64,000 nt of DNA from Sphaerodactylus townsendi (Eukaryota): NCBI RefSeq assembly GCF_021028975.2, contig NC_059425.1, forward strand, positions 25,978,001 to 26,042,000, read 5' to 3'. This document shows positions 37,610-49,633 of this stretch, in pieces. The notes beneath the pieces are model-generated. The model saw only the letters and a program-made list of their open reading frames with translations, made no database searches and had not been told where the DNA came from. The first letter of the stretch is position 1; each line of letters opens with the position of its first letter. The translations under genes and the position numbers were made by a program.

Positions 37610-40600
37610 GTAAGCAGCTGGGTGGTTATTGTTTGCGGGTTGGGGTGGCCAGATGTGAAGGAAACAGCATTCTTTTGAAAAAGGCACTGGCCCTTAGAAG
37701 TGGCTTAGAAGATTTTTGCAACAGGAGAGAAAAGCTGCCCTTTTTGACGTGCCTCCAAAGGCCATATTCCCTTTTTACATTTGATCATCCGTTTGAAAGG
37801 TGGAAAGGTGGGGGAACAAAGGGCTGTTCAAGAAGGCTGCAGGAACATTTGAAGTATCCTATAAAAGGTTTAGAGTAGCTTTCCTAGGAGGAAAAACGAA
37901 AACATTCTGGGTCACTGGTTTTTAAAAAGACTACTAAATAGGAACGTGAACGGTTTATACAGTTATGCATGGGGTGGAAGGAAGATGGGGGATAGAGAGA
38001 ACTATCCCCCTCCCATCAACCTGTAATACAGGATCACCCTATAAATTTACTGAAATGCTGATTCAGGATAAACAAAGGGGAAGTTCTTCGCCACACACTA
38101 CAAAATTTACTTGTGGCATTTCAAGCCAGAAGAGCTGCTGCTAGCCGCTATTGATGGATACAGTTTTTAAAAATGCAGATTAGCTGTTATGGGCATTCCA
38201 GGTTAGGAGTGGGAGGCCATGATCTGGTAGGTTTGCCCCTAATATTTTGCCCACATCTACGACTGCCATCTTCAGAGACGTGTTACGGTAAGATGTGTTT
38301 ATTTCTGTGTCACAGTGTGGAGTTATCACAGAGGCTCATTCCGTCCGCACATGCAGAATAATGCACTTTCAAACTGCTTTCAGTGCTCTTTGAAGCTGTG
38401 CGGAATGGCAAAATCCACTTGCAAACAATTGTGAAAGTGGTTTTAAAACGCATTATTTTGTGGGTGCGGAAGGGGCCAGAGAGAAACACGTCTTACTGTG
38501 CCATAGATAGAAACACATCTTACTGGGACATGCCTCTGAAGTTAACATAAAATATAGGGGTTTGAATGCAAGCACAAATCATATAAACAATGTACATTGA
38601 ATGCAAACGGGAACCAATGTTAAACGTTGCTAAACTTTATTCTTAGAAGAGAACAAATAAGTGCACCTGCGAGGCATTGTAGATTGTAGAATGACATAAA
38701 GTGTAACTAAAGTATCCAAAGATGCCATTCACACAGGAGTAATCAAACTATTTACAAAACATATTAATATGTGCAAATTCTAACCAGAGCCTAGAGACAA
38801 AAATCATCAGTAGTGTGGTGTGCCAAATCCCTTGTTGGTATGAACTGCACGGTTCCAAGTCCAGGGACACAAGGAACCCAAATTGAGAGACAGGATCAAC
38901 TCAAATTCTCATTTCATAGGGTCTCGTATCCACTTTGCCAGCTTTCTGAGAATACTGAAGCTGCCCGTGTCACTTCTGGAGAATTACAAGCTGTTTAAGG
39001 CATTTATTCCTCCTACAACTAAGCCTCACCTGAGAGAATCTCTAGCACTGTTAGCATCTATGATAGTTTTCTACTTGATTAGGAAAATGGAATAATTTTT
39101 CCAGCATTGTCACTCTTTGGGTTCAAGATAGAAATGAAGATATTTATTAATGAAGAATGGTGTGCATTTTTATTCTTTCCCGCAATGCCTCTTTTGTGTC
39201 CTCTAAGAACAAGTACAAGCTATCCTGCACACTCAAAGATTTTAACCTGACATATGTATACACTCCCTAAGTGGCAGAATTTAAAAGGAGTTGTGTTGGT
39301 TTGCAGTAGAACAGGTAGATTTGAGTTGAGTAGCCCATTAGAGATTTTTGCAAGCATTCTTTACAACTCCCACCTTCCGATATAAAGACTCAGAGATCTC
39401 CATTGCTACTTGTACCTGATGAAGAAAGGTTTGACTCTCAAAAACTTATATTCTGAAAATCTTGTTGGTTTCTAAAGGACTATTGGACTTGAATAAAACT
39501 GTCCTTAGTGGCACAGGAGATTTTGGACTGAACATGGCAAGAAAATGGATGGTGAGGAATTTGCTTCCCAATAATTCTTTGTCATGCTACAATAGATATT
39601 TACTTACTTTCCTTTTCTGGCATCTCAGTAAGGAGGTCAGACTCAGTAGCGTCTGGAAGGGCTTCATTCCCTCACCTGATATCCAAATTTCCTCACCATC
39701 TTCCAAAGCACTGGGGAAATTCAGGATGGGTGGTGCAGACCTACATTTCGATGAAGGGTTCCTTTGAGGCTGATGTCTAGCAAGAGTTTTTCTGTCGCTC
39801 GTGATGTATTTGCTGTAGTTCATTTCATTTCATTAGCAATGCTGGGGGAATTTCCCTTCTCTAATAACAAATGAACCTGTGAAATTGTCTGATATGAGTC
39901 AGAACCTTGTTCTATCAAGGTCAAAATTGTCTACAGCACAGGTGTCAAACTCGCGTCCTTCCAGATGTTATGGACTACAGTTCCCATCACCCCCTGCCAG
40001 CATCATGCTGGCAGGGGTGATGGGAACTGTAGTCTATAACATCTGGAGGGCTGCGAGTTTGACACCTATGGTCTACAGTGTCTGGCAGCAGCTTCCCATA
40101 ATCTTTCTTATCATCTGCTAACTTGTTCCTTCTAACTGGAGATGTCAGAGATTGAACTTTTGTATGCAAAGCAGATGCCCCATCATTGAGTCACGAGCCC
40201 TTCCCTACAGCTTAACTCCCTGTAGGTGTTCCTTTGGTAAGCACCTTTTTTGGCAAGCTTGCCAACTGACCTGAAAAGATTATTTGACCTGTTTCTTGCA
40301 CCTTTCCACAGCTAGGTGAGTCTGCAAATGAACTATTTCCAGTCCTTGGAGATGAACATTGACATCTTCTGATGAAGATGTTTTTAATGGTACAGGAGCT
40401 TGAGCCAGTCAGAAAGTTGGCAACTGTACATTTTTGTTGGTTTTCGCTTGGTGGCTATGGTGTAAATTGTTCTGAGCAGGACTGATGGGGAGGATGATTC
40501 TTCCTGCTCTGCATATTTATTTATTTATTTATTATCATATTCATATACCGCCCCATCCCCCATATTCATATACCGCCCCATGTGTGGAAGAGGAAATATT

Positions 40601-43600
40601 TTGGGGCTACTTGTTGACTACTAATAGCAGTGCAACAATCAATGCAGGGTCTCTCTGGAAATGTTGAATTGCTGCCTGTCATGCAACTGGCCGAGTAAAG
40701 GAAAAGCTACAACCTTAGAACGTGTCACGTCTCAAAAGAAGAGTGGACTCGTTTTAGTGGGGTTAGACGTATTTGGCTAGAAAGGAGGGTGAGGCACACT
40801 CCTGGAACAGGGGTGCAACCAGTTACAGCAACCTCAGCCAAGGGCTTCTGAGGCACGTGAGAAGCAGAGGTGGTTTGCTGTTGCCTTCTTTGTTGGCCTC
40901 CTGTCCAAGCACCAACTCTTCTTCGCTTCCGAGATAGGGAAAGAGTCAGGAACTCTGTGTATTTCCAGATCATTCTCTATCAGTTTCTACCAGCATGGCC
41001 AATTGGCCATGCTGACAGAGGCTGATGGGAATTGTAGTTCCTGAACATCTGGAGAGCCACAGGTTCCCTACCCCTGGGCTATATCATGCTTCCTCCCCCT
41101 GCCTTGCCCAGGTCTCTGTAGACAGGGCAGGAAAGTGACCTGCTCTTCTCAGTGGTGTTGAAGTGTGAACTTTTTTTCCGAGTGGGAAAATGTTTGATCT
41201 GCACAAGATGTGCAAACAGCGTTTGCGTGGGCAGGGAACAGAGGCTGATAACCTTATTAAGAGCGTAATAACATTGCTTATTAACAGGCAGCCCAGTAAA
41301 TGAAAAGAACGACCAACTTGTCAGCCTTCCTGCCGCTCCTGAGCTTTCAACGGGAGACATGGCTGCCAAATGCTTTCCCCACTGACTCCTCCGCATCCAG
41401 CTGCTGTGAAAAATGAGTTCAGGAGGTGGCCGAGGTCAGTCTTTGCCGGTCAGTTAGCGGTTTCGGAGAAAAGAAGACAGTGGATCTTGTGCTTTGAGCA
41501 GAGGTGATGAAGGAGGAATTTTGGCAGGTCCAGCTTCTCCTGCCGAGGTGAGAAAAGTGGCACCCGCCTCCTTCCAGCAATCTCCCAAAGGCACAGGAGT
41601 CTAGCCATCCTCTTTGGCCTATGGCTACGCTACTATCCTCTAAACCCAGACAGAACCAAGACAGGGACGTTGCCAAACAGCCCAGCTCTAAGCACCCACG
41701 GCTTACCCTTGCTTTGTTCTCTCTTTCTCGACAGCTGCCGGGCTGAAGTCCTCTGGCGAGTGGCTTCTGTGATGCTTCGGAAGCTTAGGTTGGACCGACC
41801 TCCTAGGATCACAGCTGATGTGGCAGACCAAGCCCGTGAAGCCTGGACAAAGGTGGCGACGTCCAGCCAGGGGCAGGACCTCAGTGAGTTCCCCGGAGCC
41901 TCCAAATCTGGATCTGCCCCCAGGCCTGCTTCACACTTCAGCTTCACAGCAGGATTTTAATTCAAACCGTTGCACCAGGTTTCAGTGCCAAGGCTCAGAG
42001 CCAGAATGTGCAAAGTGAGAAGAGTACCTCTAGGCATGTGTGGAGTGCTTTCTGCCTCACACTGAAGAACTGCCTGGTCTTTAGTGGCTTTGGAGAAGCT
42101 TAAGTTCCAGCACTCCTCTTTTAAAAGAAATTAACCATGATCTCCCCTTCAGTTTGGCCCACCAAGTATTGCTGAGATAAAGGTTGTTTCCCACCCCCTT
42201 CTGCCCCCACCTGACCCTATCTCTTCTACCTTTCGCAGTCTTTTTCTGGGTTGGCTGGAAAAGCCCTGTCTACATTTTTGTCAGCTTCCCAGATAGATTA
42301 GCAAGCAAAGATCAATTTGAGGTTCACTGACTTTGAACCTAAAAAATGTTGGTTCAAATCTCACCTCTATTAAGAATCGGGTTGCCAACAAACCTGGAGA
42401 GAAAATGCAGTGGTGTTTTTTTTTAAAAGAGAGGTTTAACATGCGGAAATGGGCACTGGAAGGTTTTCATTGCATGGAGAGAAATAGCATTACCTGGCAT
42501 GTGTGCAAAGTGTGGTCACGTTGAAGTTGACTTACGGTAACTCCATAAGGACAGGATTTTCACAGCAAGTGAAAAGCAGAGGTGGTTTGCTATTGCCTTC
42601 CTCTGCAGAGTCTTCCTTGATGGTCTCCTTCCAAATACCAGTTCAATGTAGCAAAATGCAAAGTGATGCACATAGGGGCAAAAAAATCCAAACTTCACAT
42701 ACACACTATAAGGGTCAGTGCTATCAGTCACAGACCAGGAAAGGGATTTGGGCATCTTAGTTGATAGTTCCATGGGAATGTCAACTCAGTGCATGGCAGC
42801 TGTGAAAAAGGCAAACTCTATGCTGGGGATCATTAGGAAAGGAGTTGATAATAAAACTGCAAGGATTGTCATGCCCTTATATAAAGCCGTGGTGCGACCG
42901 CACTTGGAGTACTGTGCTCAGTTCTGGTCGCCACATCTCAAAAAGGATATCGAAGAGATAGAAAAAGTGCAGAGAAGGGCAACGAGGATGATTGAAGGAC
43001 TGGAGCACCTTCCTTATGAGGAGAGGCTGCAGCGTTTGGGACTCTTTAGTTGGAGAGGAGACGTCTGAGGGGGGATATGATTGAAGTCTATAAAATTATG
43101 CATGGGGTAGAAAATGTTGACAGAGAGAAATTTTTCTCTCTTTCTCACAAAATGCTGGGGGGAAGAATTAGGATGAATAAAAGGAAACACTTCTTCACAC
43201 AACGTGTGATTGGTGTTTGGAATATGCTGCCACAGGAGGTGGCAGCTATCCACTAACCTGGATAGCTTTAAAAAGGGCTGGGACAGATTTATGGAGGAGA
43301 AGTCGATCTATGGCTACCAATCTTGATCCTCCTTGATCTCAGATTGCAAATGCCTTAGCAGACCAGGTGCTCAGGAGCAGCAGCAGCAGCAGGCCATTGC
43401 TTTCACATCCTGCACGTGAACTCCCAAAGGCACCTGGTGGGCCACTGCGAGTAGCAGAGTGCTGGACTGGATGGATCCAGCAGGCTAGTTCTGGACTGAT
43501 CCAGCAGGCTAGTCCTTAAGTTCTTATGTTCTTATGTTCTTACCAACCCTGCCTAGATTCTGAGATCTGATGAGATCGGGCTGTACCATGCCACCTTCCC

Positions 43601-46600
43601 TCCAATGTGACATTAAGTCTCTATTAAAAGGACAAAAATATTTTTTCTGCAGGCCTGTTGGACATACTGACTCAGGATTCACTGTATGGCTTTGACAAGT
43701 TTTTCATGTTTAGCCTCAGCTCTCCCGGATGTAAAGCAAGACCAGAACCAGGTGTTGCTGAGATCTATAGTCATGTTTGGCTGTTAATATACTTCCGCCA
43801 CCCTGACTAGCTTAATTTTCCCACTCCAACATGTCTCAGCTCTAGGGTTGCCAGCCTCCAAGTGGGCCTGGATGTCTCCCAGAATTACGACTAGGGCTAC
43901 CAGCTCTGGGTGGTGAAATACCTGGAGATTTAGGCAGAGGCGTATCTAGGGAAAACGTAGCCTGGTGCAAAATCTGAGTTTTCTTCCCTCCCACCCCCTG
44001 CCCCGTATGGGTGGCCGCCCTCCCCCACCACAACCAAACAATGGAAGGAGGAGGGTGTGTTCGGTAGGGGTGCGATTTTCCGCCCTCCATGTGACTAAAT
44101 GGCCGCAGCCTGGGAGCATTCGAACCCATATGTCCTCCTGGCTTTAGGGAGTAGAGCCTGGGGAGGGTGTGGTTTGGGGAGGGGAGGGGCTTCAATGGGG
44201 TACAATCAGAGGTGGGATCCAGCAGGTTCTCACCAGTTCCCGAGAGTGGGTTACTAATTATTTGTGTGTGCCGAGAGGGGGTTACTAATTGGGTCTGCTT
44301 TTCCGTTAGAAATTCCATTAGGTCCAAAAATCATGAAGTCCTGTTGTTTCCTATGTGGCTGATTAGCGAAGGTAGAAAACGGGGTAATTCTCCCTGTTGG
44401 GCTGTTTTTAAAACATGTTTTAGAAATATGGTAAAGTTCCTTGTTTAAGGAAAGTATCCTTCTTTTGATTTCTAGAAACAAAATTAAGTATTTGAAAGTA
44501 TTAAGTATTTGACAGGCAGCCAATTAGAGGAGAAGTAGTTGTTTCTGTTGGCAGTAGATGATAGGACTTGCTATAATGAGTTTAAATTATGAACAGAAAG
44601 ATACCAGCTGGAAATTAGGAACTTTTTTTTTACAGTAAAAGTTTTTTACAGTAACAGAGAAATTATTAATGTCCTGCCCCCAGAATGCCCGGCCACGCCC
44701 CCGTCGTGCCCCACCCAGCCCCATTGGCACTACGCCACTGTTTGAATCCCACCACCATGGGAACCTGTTGCTAAAATTTTTGGATCCCACCACTGGGTAC
44801 AATGCTATGCAGCCCAAAGTGGCCATTTTCTCCAGAGGAACTGATCTCTGTCACCTGGAAACCTGGAAACCAGCTGTACTAGCAGACAATCTCCAGGCCT
44901 TACCTGAAAGTTGGCAATCCTAATTACATCTGATCTCCAGACCAGAGAGATCAGATGCCTTGGAGAAGATGATGGCTTTGGAGGGTGGACTCCATATCAT
45001 TACACTTCACTGAGGTCATTGGCTTCGCAGGCTCCATCCAGTGGTGGGATTCAAATAATTTAACAACTGGTTGTTTACAAGCACCATTTTAGGAACCGGT
45101 TCTGCCGAAGCGGTGCGAACCGGCTGAATCCCACCACTGGCTCCATCCCCTAATTTCCAGGAATTTCCTTACCCATATTGGTAGCCTGCTCTGCCACAAT
45201 GCTCATCACTCTCCCCAGCAACAGCATTCTGTGTCTCCTGCTACTCTCAGATTCTGACGTGACTTACAATTTCCCGCACTGTGGTTTCAAACATTCCATG
45301 CCTGGCCTCCTACAGTGACATCACAGCAGCACAGACAATGCCTATGAGAATTACAGAAAGATGACTAGCAATATTTAGCCTGCTACATAAACATGCATAA
45401 AACAAACTGGGTTCTTAAAGGGTTTCAGTTTCTTCTCTTTTTCACTCTGTGCTCTGCCAGACCTTTTAGTAGCAAGTCAGGCTCCTATTCAGTAAGAGTC
45501 AAATCTGGCAGCTACATAGGGTTGCCAGCTCCTGGTTGGGAAATTTGTGGAGGGTGGAGCCCGTGGAGGGTGGAATTTGGTGAGGGGAGGAACTTCAGTG
45601 GGATATAATCCCATAGTCAACCTTCCAAAGCAGTCATTTTTCCCAGGTGAACTGATCTCTGTTGCCTGGAGATCAGTTGTCTTGCACGAGAGCTCCAGCC
45701 ACTACCTGGAAGATAGCAACCCTACAGACATAGCTTTCCTCCTCATAATGGTAGTCTGTGGGGAGAATCAGCAATTGCTGAGACTTTCTCTCTGGTTAAC
45801 CATTACAGACAGAAGGGGGCCTTGTCTCTGCCATACAGAGCCAATCACCAAGTATTCTTTCTTTACTCGACAGATATCTCCTCCAATCAAACGCTGTTGA
45901 TACGAAGAGGGAGCTGCATAAAGACCTCATATCGCATCACGTTGGATGGTAAATACTCCAGTTCTGATTGGACTAAAACAACTATCTCTGTTTTTCTTTG
46001 CAGCCAGTATGGTGCCTCACGAGGTTGTCAGGAATGATCAAAAACAGATCATCCTGCTATGGTTATAAATGTACAGCGAGTTTCCTGTAGCAAATATATC
46101 AAGTACGATGGTCTTTATACTTAACCTGCTGACTGAATGGAATGGCTAAAAACTATCTAAAACAAAATTATTCAGAAGGGCATTTTTGTAAAAGTAAGAG
46201 AGAATGTATGATTCAGGAAACTTATTTTATAAAGAGAACAGGACTGTAAACCATGCCCCTGTATGTCATATGTATTATTCTCTTACTGCATTGTTTTCTA
46301 CTTTTGTAATATTGTTTTCTACACTGTTTGACATATCGTCACTAAAACTGCCAACTTGGATTGAAAAATTCCTGGAGATTTGGGAATGGAACCTGGGAAA
46401 GATGAGGTTGGGGGGCGGGTGGAGCTCAGCCGGGTATAATGCCATACAGTCTACCTGCCAAAGCGGCCATTTTATCCAGGAAAAAAAAGATCTTTGTAAT
46501 CTGAAATTACAGCTCTCAGGGCCCCAATATCATCAACACTTTTTTGCTTTGTTTCAAATTTTTGTAATCCTAGTCCTATTGCATTGCTTATTGCTTTGTC

Positions 46601-49411
46601 CTACTGATTTCATTGATTTATGCTGTGTAATCTGCCTTGAGTATCAGTAGGTAGACTAAATAAAGCCAATAAATGAAAATAATCTTGCACTATTAAGCTC
46701 CTGCAGGCAGGGTCCAGGTTTCCTGACACATATCAGGATTCCTCAGGGTTTATTGCTGTACTCAAATTTGCCACATGGAACCAGCCTAGTAGGACTGACT
46801 ATTTGTTATGCACAAATGCATGTCTCAGGAACCTATTGTGCTCTTTCAACCTCAGTGCTAGAGTACTGATTCCTGCAGAGCTTCAACAAGCAACCTCCTT
46901 TAAAATTGTTTTGTCTCTACTCCAGTCACGCACACAAAGGCACATTATCAAAGGCTGATGTGAAGGAAGCAATGCTAGAGCAGTTGATCATACAGAGTTG
47001 CAGTGGGCAACTTCCTTTGTGGTAATTACATCGTGGTGTCACATTAGTTATTTAATGTATCAGTTTTTAATGGCACTGAGTTTCCACACAGGAATTATGT
47101 TCTAGACATTTCACAGGAAAGGCGAACACTGATTTTAGGGGTTGCTTGTGAAAACAGCCTTCCGCCCGTCCCTTGATCTCTTATTGATGCTTTTTCCTCC
47201 ATGCTCTCCACTCCCTTAGAACTTGGCTGGCAAAACTGGGTGCTGCACCCCAGTTCCTTCCTCTTCACTGAATGCTTGGGCTGTCAGTGTCATAAAAAGG
47301 AAGAGAGGCAGATAACTCCCGTGTGGATTCAAGAATGCGGACTCCTTGGACAGCCAAGCCATCAAACCACAGCTGGCTCAAAGCAGGTACAGTCTGTGGT
47401 CCTCCAAGGTTCTCCTGGGCAGTTTAATTGGGAGACTCCTGCACTGTTGAGGGGATGGGAAGAAGCCAACATTGCCTAGGGCTATTCAGACTAGAGCAGG
47501 GGTCTGCAACCGGTGGCTCTCCAGATGTTCATGGACTACAATTCCCATCAGCCCCTGCCAGCATGGCCAATTGGCCGTGCTGGCAGGAGCTGATGGGAAT
47601 TGTAGTCTGATGGGATTTTTAGTCCATGAACATCTGGAGAGCTGCAGGTTGCAGACCCCTGGACTAGAACTACCAACTTCTTTTGCTGCCCTTATGCAGC
47701 CCCATGAAGACAGGTGAAGCTTTTCCTGCCCTGGTGATGGTGAAAGTGTCAGTAGCTTCCTTTCCAGTTAAGACAGTGGCAATATTAGAAAGACTTATTA
47801 GCAACCCTATCGGGGTGGTGGTGGTGGTGGTGAAGGGGTTGTTTGCTGGCCAGATACAGGTTGGGGAACTCCTGGAGATTTGGAGATGGAGCCTGGGGAG
47901 GACAGGTACTTCAGTAGGGTACAACACTATAAAGTCCCCCCTCCAAAGCAGCCATTTTCTCCAGAGAACTGGCCCCTATAATCTGGAGAGGAGCTGTAAT
48001 TCCAGGAGATCCCCAGGCCCCTCTCGGAAGCTGGTATCTCTAGTCTTATTCTGTGGTGTGCACCGCCATACACATGAACACACATGAACCTGCCTTATAT
48101 TGACTCATCCCATGGGTCCGTCAGCCTTACCTACTCTGACTGGCAGCTGCTCTCCAGGATCTCAGGTCTTTGGCATCACCTGTTGCCTGATCCTTCTTAA
48201 GCGGAGCTGCCAATGATTGAACCTGGAAGCGTCTGCATGGCCAGGAGATGCTCTACCACCGAGCCGCAAATTACCACAGTGAAAAGTTGGCAGCCCCAGG
48301 TCAACACTTAGTACAAGCTGGTGCTGAAGCATATTTGTCAGGGAACAAATGTTTCCAGCAAAGTTCCCCTTTACTTGAATTCTCATGCAAAAGCTCTATA
48401 AGAGATGCCGGTGCCAGAAATGTCGGTGACTCCTCCCACTTGACCTTTCTCAGCTGCCTGTCTATGAACCAATGAGAGGCAGAGAACAATGTGTTGCCAC
48501 CATTTCACACGGTGGTCATTGGCTTCTTTGGCAAGCATTGTTTCCCCAAAACAGGGAAGGAAAGTGTTAGATTGGGAGTAAACAGCCCCTGGCTCAGGTG
48601 GTTTTGTTTGGGATCATGCGGAGCCAGTTCTCTGCCTAAGCAACCCTGAGGTGCTAGTAGCAACTAGTAGCATGTGGTCCACATGAATATAGAGTCAGAC
48701 TATCAGTCCATCAAAGTCAGCATTGCCTCCTCAGTCTGGCAGCAGCTGTCCAAGATCTTTCACTTCACCTACTGCCTGGTCCTTTTTAACTGGAGGTGCT
48801 AGGAATTGAACCTCAGACCCTCTGTATGCAAAGCAGAAGCTCTCTAATTCAGCCACAGCATAGGACAGTGGTGGCGAACCTTTGGCACTCCAGATGTTAT
48901 GGACTACAATTCCCATCAGCCCCTACCAGCATGGCCAATTGGCCATGCTGGAAAGGGCTGATGGGAATTGTAGTCCATAACATCTGAAGTGCCAAAGGTT
49001 CGCCATCACGGGCATAGGACAAAGTGGTGGCCATGACTTGTGCTGGTCATCTTCACTCCGCTGGACATATACACCTGCCAGTCAGCAGTGTTCAAGCCCC
49101 CCAAGGTACACAGGGTTTGGGGGGACTCAGGTACCAATCCCAAGCTTTAGTCAGGTGTTTGGTTGTATTAAAATACTCCTAGCTTGCTTCTGAACGGTGT
49201 ACATAATTTGAAGTAACTCCGTGCGTGATTCCAGTTGTCAGTTTGGGTGAGTAGCATAAAGCTTCTACACGCTGCTCGATCGCACCTGCTTGCTTTCCAC
49301 CAGGCACGCTGCTGTCAGCCACGTCGGACCCCGCTCTCCTTTGTGTTGCTCCAAGAAGACGGCACGTTGGTCGTACGGGCGCCACGCTTGGATCGTGACT
49401 GCCACTGCTAA
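37482..49411 (+). CDS. TGF-beta superfamily ligand, GSDF (gonadal soma-derived factor)-like, complete, 5 exons, 208 aa
   Basis: Exons 37482-37609, 41735-41883, 45874-45948, 47220-47386, 49304-49411 (627 nt; intron phases 2,1,1,0; all GT-AG). Protein: MWHLLLLSGLLAWVLPWGACAPWETNLDGDQTLESAVVTLNDSCRAEVLWRVASVMLRKLRLDRPPRITADVADQAREAWTKVATSSQGQDLNISSNQTLLIRRGSCIKTSYRITLDELGWQNWVLHPSSFLFTECLGCQCHKKEERQITPVWIQECGLLGQPSHQTTAGSKQARCCQPRRTPLSFVLLQEDGTLVVRAPRLDRDCHC*. It has a signal peptide, a LxKLRLxxPP prodomain helix and a C...ELGWxxWVxHP...C..C...CC.P...CxC cystine knot. TGF-beta membership is secure; GSDF orthology is inferred. Confidence 0.85.
39937..40070. mobile_element. Palindromic hAT MITE
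   Basis: Perfect 8-bp TSD gtctacag. Confidence 0.88.
41735..41883 (+). CDS. GSDF-like exon 2 (prodomain helix CRAEVLWRVASVMLRKLRLDRPPRI...REAW)
   Basis: Long polypyrimidine tract plus gacag; gtgagt donor. Confidence 0.87.
42641..43540 (+). mobile_element. CR1 LINE 3' fragment nested in a 5S/Sauria-like SINE, within GSDF-like intron 2
   Basis: ERDLGILVD...PLYKAVVRPHLEYCAQFWSP...KVQRRATRMI; (TTCTTATG)n tail; tacca duplicated at both ends. Confidence 0.9.
44207..44795. mobile_element. hAT non-autonomous element nested in an older tagggttgcc-type MITE
   Basis: Same TIRs; perfect TSD ggtacaat. Confidence 0.88.
45039..45139. mobile_element. Short hAT MITE
   Basis: TIR CAGTGGTGGGATTC; perfect TSD gctccatc. 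Confidence 0.85.
45874..45948 (+). CDS. GSDF-like exon 3 (ISSNQTLLIRRGSCIKTSYRITLD; first knot Cys)
   Basis: ttctttctttactcgacag / gtaaat, phase 1-1, supplies Cys1 at the expected spacing from LGW. Confidence 0.83.
47220..47386 (+). CDS. GSDF-like exon 4 (LGWQNWVLHPSSFLFTECLGCQC...)
   Basis: cccttag / gtacag; TGF-beta LGWxxWxxxP signature. Confidence 0.9.
47497..47661. mobile_element. Palindromic hAT MITE
   Basis: TSD gactagag/gactagaa. Confidence 0.85.
48866..49011. mobile_element. Palindromic hAT MITE
   Basis: Perfect TSD gcatagga. Confidence 0.88.
49304..49411 (+). CDS. GSDF-like exon 5 (ARCCQP...DRDCHC*)
   Basis: caccag acceptor; CC and CxC motifs; TAA at 49409-49411. Confidence 0.9.
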   Translation, partial: ARCCQPRRTPLSFVLLQEDGTLVVRAPRLDRDCHC

Positions 49412-49627
49412 CCCGGAGGCCCACTCTGCTTGGCACAGAAAAAAGCCACATGCCGAGGATGAACAGGGATCTGCAAACATCACAGAATTTTTCCTCTTAG
49501 GGATGCCCTAAACAGGCATTTCCTGATGCCCGATAGGAGCGGTGGGAAAACCTGTTCCCATGCACAAACACATACACACTAAGGAACACAAAATGGGAGA
49601 GCTTGAGTATTGTGCTGGAGTACTTTG

Positions 49628-49633
49628 AATAAA
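49628..49633 (+). terminator. Candidate polyadenylation signal of the GSDF-like gene
   Basis: AATAAA about 215 nt after the TAA. Confidence 0.55.

Noticed and set aside
41502-41547. Possible alternative first or mini exon (MKEEFWQVQLLLP, phase-2 donor) for the TGF-beta gene
   Set aside because: No signal peptide and an upstream in-frame stop; the 37482-37609 exon gives a good signal peptide, start context and matching phase.
42718-43256. Protein-coding ORFs inside GSDF-like intron 2
   Set aside because: Frameshifted CR1 ORF2 remnant.
45461-47021. Other AG-flanked candidate exons in GSDF-like introns (45461, 46004, 46926)
   Set aside because: In-frame stops or incompatible phases, and no Cys1 motif; 45874-45948 fits.
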